From positions 1-13,371 of the forward strand of contig JBHGBC010000167.1 of NCBI GenBank assembly GCA_041946805.1: a stretch of DNA of 13,371 nt, read 5' to 3'. Below are positions 1 through 6,010 of this stretch, piece by piece. Origin of the DNA: a bacterium (lineage in GTDB: Bacteria; Hinthialibacterota; Hinthialibacteria; Hinthialibacterales; Hinthialibacteraceae). Numbering within the stretch: position 1 is the first letter of the stretch; the number at the start of each line of letters is the position of its first letter. Made by a program: the position numbers and the translations under genes. The notes beneath the pieces were generated by a model that worked only from the letters and a program-made list of their open reading frames with translations, ran no database searches and was not told the origin of the DNA.

Positions 1-1
1 C

Positions 2-646
2 GCCCTGGCCGCCGCCGGCCCCTCGGCCCTGATTGCCGCCGGTTGGATCAAGGTCTTCTGGGGCCTGTTGTTCTCCAGTTTTTTTGGATTCGCGATCAGT
101 TTTCTCCTGTCGAAATTGATCATGCGCAGCTGCCGGGGCATCAGTCCCCGTAGCGCCAATTTCGCGTTCGGCAAGCTGCAAATCGTTTCCTCGATGCTGA
201 TGGCCTACAACCATGGCATGAACGACGGCCAGAAATTCATCGGCATTTTTACGATGACCCTGGTCGTGGCCGGCATCCTGCCCCAATTCGATGTCCCCCT
301 CTGGGTGATCCTGCTGTGCGCCGTGACCATGGGGGCGGGCACCATGCTGGGCGGCTGGAAGATCATCAAGAACGTCGGCATGCGCATGGTCGACATAAAG
401 CCGTGGCAAGGCTTCGCGGCCGAGACCTCGGCTTCCGGCGTGATCTTCGGGGCCTCGCTCAGCGGCATCCCCCTCAGCACCACCCATACGATCACCACCG
501 CCATCATGGGCGTGGCCGCCGCCAAAAACATCCGCGGCGTGAAATGGAACATCGTGGGCAACATCATCCTCGCCTGGGTGATCACCTTCCCCCTATGCGC
601 CGCCCTTTCCTTCTTGATCACCCTCGGGCTGACGCATATCTGGTAA
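2..646 (+). CDS. pit: Inorganic phosphate transporter, PiT family (C-terminal part; 5' end lies outside the window)
   Basis: The frame is open from base 2 (ALAAAGPSALIAAGWIKVFWGLLFSS...). It carries the PiT C-terminal signature HGMNDGQK, plus GTMLGGWKIIKNVG, GFAAETSA, GIPLSTTHTITTAIMG and WVITFP, and is hydrophobic throughout. Stop is TAA at 644-646. Confidence 0.93.
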   Translation, partial: ALAAAGPSALIAAGWIKVFWGLLFSSFFGFAISFLLSKLIMRSCRGISPRSANFAFGKLQIVSSMLMAYNHGMNDGQKFIGIFTMTLVVAGILPQFDVPLWVILLCAVTMGAGTMLGGWKIIKNVGMRMVDIKPWQGFAAETSASGVIFGASLSGIPLSTTHTITTAIMGVAAAKNIRGVKWNIVGNIILAWVITFPLCAALSFLITLGLTHIW

Positions 647-734
647 TCCAACAGATTATCCGGCTCCCTGGCTTTCTCCCGCCTCGCCCGCCGCGTCCCG
701 CTTCTCCACTCCGGTTGGCGGGAATCGTCCGCGC

Positions 735-862
735 TTATATATATAATTTAATAGTTGGATAATTAAATATTTCTGGATTGGAATCATAGTGCTCTTTATT
801 TTTTAGAAAAACATGGCATAGTAATTCACCGCATTCATCCATCATTCCATACAATAAGGAGG
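735..862 (+). promoter_or_regulatory. AT-rich promoter region and ribosome-binding site of the 814-aa gene
   Basis: Strongly AT-rich stretch with TATAAT-like hexamers in a GC-rich context. AAGGAGG at 856-862 lies 7 nt before ATG 870. Exact -35/-10 boxes were not assigned. Confidence 0.55.
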
Positions 863-869
863 CAGAGGT

Positions 870-3314
870 ATGATGATGTCAGCCATGAAACACGGGGGTT
901 GGGTGTTGGCCCTCATCTGGTTCACGGCAACGGCTCAGGCGCAGGTCGGGATCTTCACCCAAGCGCAGGACATTGGGAATGTCGGAGCGGCGGGCAGCGC
1001 CACCTTCGCGAACAATGAGTACGTCATCGAAGGCAGCGGGGCCGATATCTGGGGCACCGCGGACGGACTGCATTTCCTCTACAAGGAGATGACCGGGGCG
1101 TTCTCGCTCAAGGCCCATGTGTCCCTGGACGCGGGCGGCGGTGACGCCACCTGGGCCAAGGCCGGCCCCATGGTGCGGGACAGCCTGGATCCCGGTTCCG
1201 CGTTCGGATTTGCCATGATCCGGGCCAGCGGGCAGGATTTCGCTCCGCAATGGCGTGACTCGCAGGGTATCGATGCCGCGTGGGGCGAAGACGCTTCCCT
1301 GGTCGGCGGAATCGACGGCACGGGTGTGCAAGAAGGCAACGTGGAAGTGGAACGGCTGGGAACCACGCTGAACTTTTATTATGTGGATCTCAATACCGGC
1401 CAGCGGGTGCTTCACATGACGCGCGTGGTGCCCGGTCTCCAGGATCCCGTGTACGTGGGATTGGCGGTGACCTCGCACAGCGCCGGACAGATCAGCACAG
1501 GCTATTTCCAGAACGTCGTTCTCCAGGAATACGCCTGGTCGGTCAGCCGGAACCTGCCGGTCCAGTCCTACTCATTGGGTCAAACGATTCAGGGCATTGA
1601 ATTGAAGGTGGATGCCCGGGCCGGCCAGACGGTGGCGAACCTTACCCTGACGGAAACGCTGCCGGCCAATCTGGCGGTCAGCAACGTGCAGGCTTCCGCC
1701 GGGAACTTCACTTTGGCCAATGGCGTGATTACCTGGACGCTGACCAACGTCACCGGCTCGGTCTCGCTGACCTACGATCTCCAGGCCCCGACCATCAAGG
1801 GGTATGGCGATATCGTTTTCTCCGGCCAGGCGACGGACGGCGCCCTGACGATTCCCCTCGCGCAAACGGTCCCTCTGCGGACATTCAACATTTATGAAAC
1901 GTTCTCGTACCCGGCCCAGCAAGCGGGGGCCACGGTGGTGGGTTTGACAGGCGGCTTGGGATGGAGTGGCGGCTGGGCGGCCGCGGGCGCCAAGGCGCCG
2001 AACGCCTTGGACGCCAAGATCCTGGAAGCCGGACTCGTGGAGAATCAGCCGGCCGAACAGAATCCCGGCGGGTATTCATTGAAGGTGACGGGCGACGCGG
2101 AGAACGGCGTGGGGCGGAAATTCACTCCGGTGGCCACGGGCGAGCTGTGGCTCTCGTTCGTCTTTCTGGAAGAAGGCCCCGCGGCCAACCACTGGGCGGG
2201 CATGACCTTGTACGCCTCCGACGGGACCGAATCCAACTTCATCGGCAAGCCCTACAACGCCGGGAAAGCAGGCATCGGCAACCTGCCGGGCGGCGACAGC
2301 CTCACCCAGGCCGATTACACGGTGGCCAACCATTACCTGGTCCGCTACGTGCTGAACAGTGGAACCGGGCAAAACGACAGCGTGTATTTGTGGATCAATC
2401 CCGATGAATCCGACCGCCTGGACACCTTTGACGCCGGCGGCCCCAACAACGATGACATCAAGGACATCGCGGAAATCCGCCTGCGGCGCGGCGCGGCCAC
2501 GGGATCGGCTTATTTCGACGCGATCTGGCTGAGCTCCGATCCGGCCCTCCCGCCGGCGGGCGCGGGCCGCGTCGACCTGACCTTCAACGATCCCAACCGC
2601 GACCCGAATCTGCCGGTATGGGACGTCATCTCCATCGACCAGTATGTAGACGGCATCACTGGCGAACCGGGCTTCGGGCATGACACCGGGAACGACTATT
2701 ATCTGATCGTGGCGGGTTACCTGTACTATAACGCCGCCGGTGACGCGTTCGTCGCCAACGGCTTGCCGCCCGACCGCATGAGCGGCCTGAATGGCCACGT
2801 ATTGGGACCCTATAACAACGCGAGCGAGGAGTTGGGCCTGAAAAACTCGATGAAGTTCATGAACAACGACGCGCAGCGCGGGCCGTTCACCTTCAACGTG
2901 ATCCCCAAGGGCAAGTACAGCGAATTACGCTCGGCGATGACCGTGGGCAACGGCTACGGTGTCCTGAAGTGCACGTTGAATTATGAGGACGGCACGTCCG
3001 AACTGACCGAAATCCACGCCGACGACTGGTTCCGTGACACAACCGACTCGAACTGGATGTTTGAGGACGTCACCTTGCTCATCAATGGCATGGACCGGCT
3101 CGAGTCCACCGCCAGCAACTTCGCGGACAGCAACGATCCAGCGGTCAATGAAGACGCGACCCCGGTCAATCCGGACAAGGTGCTCGTCTCCGTCACCCTC
3201 GAACTGGACCTGGAAAAGAGCCAGGGGGGCGGGGCGGTGGCCTATAACCTGTACGACATCTGGTGCTACCCGGCCGGCGCGCCGACCGCGGTGGACGACT
3301 GGTCCTTGTTCTAA
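870..3314 (+). CDS. Secreted multidomain beta-sandwich protein (ConA/LamG-like jelly rolls, DUF11-like Ig domain, carbohydrate-binding-like C-terminal domain); function unknown
   Basis: 814-aa ORF with a strong SD. Signal peptide: basic N-region, hydrophobic core and AQA cleavage motif. N-terminal jelly-roll motifs are GSGADIWGTADGLHFLYKEMTG, AKAGPMVRDSLD and VYVGLAVTSH. LTETLPA...ITWTL...LTY is DUF11-like. The protein is rich in G/T/D/N. Confidence 0.8.
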   Translation: MMMSAMKHGGWVLALIWFTATAQAQVGIFTQAQDIGNVGAAGSATFANNEYVIEGSGADIWGTADGLHFLYKEMTGAFSLKAHVSLDAGGGDATWAKAGPMVRDSLDPGSAFGFAMIRASGQDFAPQWRDSQGIDAAWGEDASLVGGIDGTGVQEGNVEVERLGTTLNFYYVDLNTGQRVLHMTRVVPGLQDPVYVGLAVTSHSAGQISTGYFQNVVLQEYAWSVSRNLPVQSYSLGQTIQGIELKVDARAGQTVANLTLTETLPANLAVSNVQASAGNFTLANGVITWTLTNVTGSVSLTYDLQAPTIKGYGDIVFSGQATDGALTIPLAQTVPLRTFNIYETFSYPAQQAGATVVGLTGGLGWSGGWAAAGAKAPNALDAKILEAGLVENQPAEQNPGGYSLKVTGDAENGVGRKFTPVATGELWLSFVFLEEGPAANHWAGMTLYASDGTESNFIGKPYNAGKAGIGNLPGGDSLTQADYTVANHYLVRYVLNSGTGQNDSVYLWINPDESDRLDTFDAGGPNNDDIKDIAEIRLRRGAATGSAYFDAIWLSSDPALPPAGAGRVDLTFNDPNRDPNLPVWDVISIDQYVDGITGEPGFGHDTGNDYYLIVAGYLYYNAAGDAFVANGLPPDRMSGLNGHVLGPYNNASEELGLKNSMKFMNNDAQRGPFTFNVIPKGKYSELRSAMTVGNGYGVLKCTLNYEDGTSELTEIHADDWFRDTTDSNWMFEDVTLLINGMDRLESTASNFADSNDPAVNEDATPVNPDKVLVSVTLELDLEKSQGGGAVAYNLYDIWCYPAGAPTAVDDWSLF

Positions 3315-3364
3315 GACGTCCACTTGGATGACATCCGTCATCCGATGTCTCTGGATGGCGCATG

Positions 3365-3412
3365 AAAATCTCCCCCGGGGATTACGGTCTCCGGGGGAGT
3401 ATTTTTGATTTT
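3365..3412 (+). terminator. Rho-independent terminator
   Basis: Stem CTCCCCCGGGGAT (3370-3382), loop TACG, stem GTCTCCGGGGGAG (3387-3399, two G-U pairs), then TATTTTTGATTTT. It lies ~55 nt after the 3314 stop. An A-run on the 5' side suggests it may be bidirectional. Confidence 0.8.
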
Positions 3413-3456
3413 GTCTGAATCAGGATGGCTAGGATGCCTGGGATAACAAAGCTGTT

Positions 3457-3579
3457 GATGGATTACGCGCTGCACGCTATTCCATTCTACGGGATACAGG
3501 CAGGATGCCAGCACCACAATAAAACCTGTGTAAGATAGGAAAGTCTTGTAGGATGGACTCGAACTGCAGCGGAGTCCAC
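3457..3579. repeat. Divergent pair of GTAG-type REP-like palindromes
   Basis: Minus strand 3490->3457 reads GTAG-AATGGAATAGCGTGCAGCGCGTAATCCATC. Plus strand 3548-3579 reads GTAG-GATGGACTCGAACTGCAGCGGAGTCCAC. Each is a GTAG foot plus an imperfect hairpin with a TGCAGCG core. Confidence 0.55.
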
Positions 3580-3882
3580 TAAACCCAAGTTCCTCCCCCC
3601 GTAGCGCGCTACATCGCCTATAACCACCTCAGAAACGTTGAGTTACAGATTTATTTACTGGCCTTGGGTACCCATGTAAACACCGGGCCGAACGTCTGCG
3701 GAGGTCGACGGGTTGTACATCATCCGCATCAGCATGCCACCAGCGGACAAGGCCGCGGGCAACGTGGTGAGCCCGTACAAGGGTTAGGGTGAGGGAAACC
3801 GCGGCAGGGCGCAATTCATCCTCGATCTCTGTGCGATCGAGTAGATTGATACTATGGGGGATTGGGAAGATGGCTGAAAATT

Positions 3883-3912
3883 CTTAATCTATCTCAGGGT
3901 TTCAATCCTGCG
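3883..3912 (+). repeat. Degenerate copy of repeat unit B from the 4638-5028 array
   Basis: CTTAATCTATCTCAGGGTTTCAATCCTGCG matches TTTAAACTAGCCCAGGGTTTCAACCCTGGG at 24 of 30 positions. Confidence 0.65.
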
Positions 3913-3930
3913 ATCACCTCAGGTTTTTTA

Positions 3931-3960
3931 TTGAAAAAAAGGTAAAATATAGTTTACCAT
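3931..3960 (+). promoter_or_regulatory. Putative sigma70 promoter with palindromic operator for the toxin-antitoxin pair
   Basis: TTGAAA (3931-3936) and TACCAT (3955-3960) are 18 nt apart. The inverted repeat GGTAAA-N6-TTTACC (3941-3958) covers the spacer and -10, directly upstream of the toxin GTG. Confidence 0.6.
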
Positions 3961-3972
3961 AAAGGTAGAAAT

Positions 3973-4304
3973 GTGACTCTGCATCCCTGGGAGATCAGGC
4001 TTTATCAATCCCGCGGCGGGAAGATCCCCTTCCGCGATTGGTTTGAGACACTGGAGTTGTCCCTTCAAGCCGGGATCGATGCCAGGCTGGATCGGGTACG
4101 ATTCGGAAATTTTGGTGACCACAAAGCCCTGGGTGAAGGCTTGTTCGAATTGCGCATCCACGGTGGGAGCGGGTACCGGATCTTTTGGGGACGGATCGCG
4201 AGGCCATTGTTCTTCTCTTGTGCGGGGGCGGCAAAGATACCCAGAAGCGTGATATAGCCAAGGCGAAGCGCTATTGGCGTGATTACATGGAAGCATTCTC
4301 ATGA
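3973..4304 (+). pseudogene. Addiction-module killer protein (RelE/ParE superfamily, HigB-like), frameshifted near 4183-4190
   Basis: The N-terminal part reads PFRDWFETL...IDARLDRVRFGNFGDHKALGEGLFELRIHGGSGYRIF. The family C-terminus DREAIVLLLCGGGKDTQKRDIAKAKRYWRDYMEAFS* continues in the -1 frame after TTTTGGGG. Its TGA (4302-4304) overlaps the antitoxin ATG as ATGA. This may be a sequencing indel rather than a true pseudogene. Confidence 0.85.
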
Positions 4305-4621
4305 GCCGATCGATACGCTATGACGAATACAAGCTGGAGCGGCTGAAAAACAAGGAGTATGCTCAATCCTACTTGCAAGCGGCGTTGGAGGCCTACCAGG
4401 AGTATCGCGACCGGGACGCGTTCTTGAACGCCTTACGGGACCTTGCCGAAGCCCAGGGGGGAGTTCCGGAAATCGCCCGGCGCATCAACAAACCCAAACA
4501 GAGCGTTTACAAAGCCCTTTCGGAGAAAGGCAATCCCCGCCTCGATACCTTGGACGCCATTCTCAACAGCCTGGGATTTCGGATCTCCATTGAACCGATT
4601 GGCCCGCTGGCAACCAGGTGA
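4301..4621 (+). CDS. Addiction-module antidote protein (HTH antitoxin, HigA-like)
   Basis: 106 aa: YLQAALE...FLNALRDLAEAQGGVPEIARR...QSVYKALSEKGNPRLDTLDAILNSLGFRISI. It lies directly downstream of, and is coupled to, the killer gene. Confidence 0.9.
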   Translation: MSRSIRYDEYKLERLKNKEYAQSYLQAALEAYQEYRDRDAFLNALRDLAEAQGGVPEIARRINKPKQSVYKALSEKGNPRLDTLDAILNSLGFRISIEPIGPLATR

Positions 4622-4637
4622 GCAGCGCAGGGTTGTT

Positions 4638-5028
4638 CCCAGCCTTGAAAGGCTGGGCTAGTTTAAATGGAGGAATGGAGGACGAATAATGATGATGAAC
4701 CATCATTTTAAACTAGCCCAGGGTTTTAACCCGGGGGGAAATAACCCGGGGGAATAAACCCGCGACAATCAACCCGGGGCAATCATCCCCATCTTCCCCA
4801 GCCTTGAAAGGCTGGGCTAGTTTAAAGGGGTGAATGGGCGTGAAGGGTTGGATTGAATCGACAATTTAAACTAGCCCAGGGTTTCAACCCTGGGGAAGAG
4901 ATCCGGGGGGAATCAATCCCATCTTTCCCAGCCTTGAAAGGCTGGGCTAGTTTAAAGGGGTGAATGGGGGGTGGTGAATGATGAGATCGAACCAACAATT
5001 TAAACTAGCCCAGGGTTTCAACCCTGGC
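4638..5028. repeat. Array of three inverted REP-like doublets (REPIN/BIME-like)
   Basis: Unit A, CCCAGCCTTGAAAGGCTGGGCTAGTTTAAA, is identical at 4638-4667, 4797-4826 and 4927-4956. Unit B, TTTAAACTAGCCCAGGGTTTCAACCCTGGG, occurs at 4707-4736, 4865-4894 and 4999-5028 with 0-2 mismatches. A-to-B spacers are 39, 38 and 42 nt. Confidence 0.9.
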
Positions 5029-5053
5029 GAAACAATTCTGGGTGAAAACCAAA

Positions 5054-5281
5054 GCGCCAACGGCGCGCCAGAAGCTAGCCCAGGGCATCGCTCTGGGAAG
5101 ATATCGGGAAAGGACAGGATTCCCTCTTCCTCTGGGAGAGGGTTGGGGTGAGGGAATGTTTATGGGGCAGCCCTGGGTATCTGCCCTCATCCCAGGGCGA
5201 ATGGAATCCATTTTACTTCATCCGGTACGCGCTTCTCGGATGAACCGGCCATATAAACCAGCCCAGGGTCTCCACCCTGGG
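5054..5281. repeat. Cluster of heterogeneous short palindromes (REP-like and BoxC-like)
   Basis: GCGCC-AAC-GGCGC (5054-5066); CTAGCCCAGGGCATCGCTCTGGG (5075-5097); CCCTCTTCC-TCT-GGGAGAGGG-TTGGGGTGAGGG (5122-5154); GGGCAG...CTGCCC (5165-5186); TTCATCCG...CGGATGAA (5217-5244); AGCCCAGGGTCTCCACCCTGGG (5260-5281). Confidence 0.65.
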
Positions 5282-5371
5282 TCCAGGGGATACAACCCAA
5301 GCCGATCTGGTTTTGAAAACATTTTTGTTGTAAAATAAAGTGATCATATCAATGATCGCTTGGAGGTCTCG

Positions 5372-5614
5372 ATGACAAAAACCGAAGAATTGTTGAACCG
5401 GATCTCATCCGATCCCACCGTCTGTTTTGGCCGTCCGGTCATCCGTGGCACGCGCATTTGGGTTTCGATCATCTTAGGCCTGTTGGCGGAAGGGATGACT
5501 CATGCCGAGATACTCCAAAACTATCCGCAATTGACCGAGGATGATATCCGCGCGGCGTGTGCCTACGGCAGCCTCACCGTCGATGAGAGCCATATCCCTT
5601 TTTCTGAACAATAA
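5372..5614 (+). CDS. DUF433 family protein (putative antitoxin)
   Basis: RISSDPTVCFGRPVIRGTRIWV...LLAEGMTHAEILQNYPQLTEDDIRAACAY is the DUF433 pattern. GGAGG at 5362-5366 favours ATG 5372 over TTG 5360. Confidence 0.92.
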   Translation: MTKTEELLNRISSDPTVCFGRPVIRGTRIWVSIILGLLAEGMTHAEILQNYPQLTEDDIRAACAYGSLTVDESHIPFSEQ

Positions 5615-5616
5615 CG

Positions 5617-5988
5617 ATGAAAATCAAATTGGATGAAAACCTCTCTCCTCGGTTGATAGCCATTTTCGAGAAAAATAATCATGATGCTCGAACGGTTCTG
5701 GATGAGGGATTATCAGGCCACTCGGATGAATCCATTTATCGCGTCTGCCAAACCGAAAAACGTGTGCTGATCACCTTGGATCATGATTTCGGGAATATCT
5801 TGCGATTCCCATTACAGGAAAGCGAGGGAATTATCATTCTGGATACCGGCCGGTTACCCTCCATGAAGCAAGTGGAAGAATTGGCTCTCAAGACATCCCA
5901 TGAATTGCTGTTTCGGCCCATCAAGGAGCGTCTTTGGATTGTTCAGAAAGATCGTATTCGAGTCAGACCCTTCCTCCAGATTTGTTAA
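5617..5988 (+). CDS. DUF5615 family PIN-like protein (VapC45-like putative toxin)
   Basis: Motifs MKIKLDENL, GLSGHSDESI, RVLITLDHDFG and GIIIL, with a terminal RIRVR. It starts 2 nt after the DUF433 stop, the usual pairing. Confidence 0.9.
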   Translation: MKIKLDENLSPRLIAIFEKNNHDARTVLDEGLSGHSDESIYRVCQTEKRVLITLDHDFGNILRFPLQESEGIIILDTGRLPSMKQVEELALKTSHELLFRPIKERLWIVQKDRIRVRPFLQIC

Positions 5989-6010
5989 TCATCGGGAGTA
6001 CCCATCACCC

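Noticed and set aside
4183..4190. Programmed -1 ribosomal frameshift in the toxin
   Set aside because: The in-frame codons TTT TGG GGA do not form a canonical X XXY YYZ slippery heptamer.
4707..4956. Integron attC sites (TTTAAAC...GTTTAAA ends next to toxin-antitoxin genes)
   Set aside because: The ends do not fit RYYYAAC/GTTRRRY, the sites are not one per gene, and there is no integron integrase in the window.
4638..5028. CRISPR array (30-bp palindromic repeats with ~40-nt spacers)
   Set aside because: Repeats alternate in orientation and type, spacers are related to each other and low in complexity, intervals range from 32 to 60 nt, and no cas gene is present in the window.
5005..5338. 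ORFs 5042-5338 (+) and 5005-5211 (-)
   Set aside because: They are translations of the palindrome cluster (for example LPLGEGWGEG and PSPQPSPRGRG), with no RBS and no protein-family motif.
5342..5357. GATCAT-N4-ATGATC inverted repeat upstream of DUF433 as an operator
   Set aside because: The position is plausible, but the arms are only 6 bp and no clear -35/-10 pair could be assigned, so it is too weak to call.
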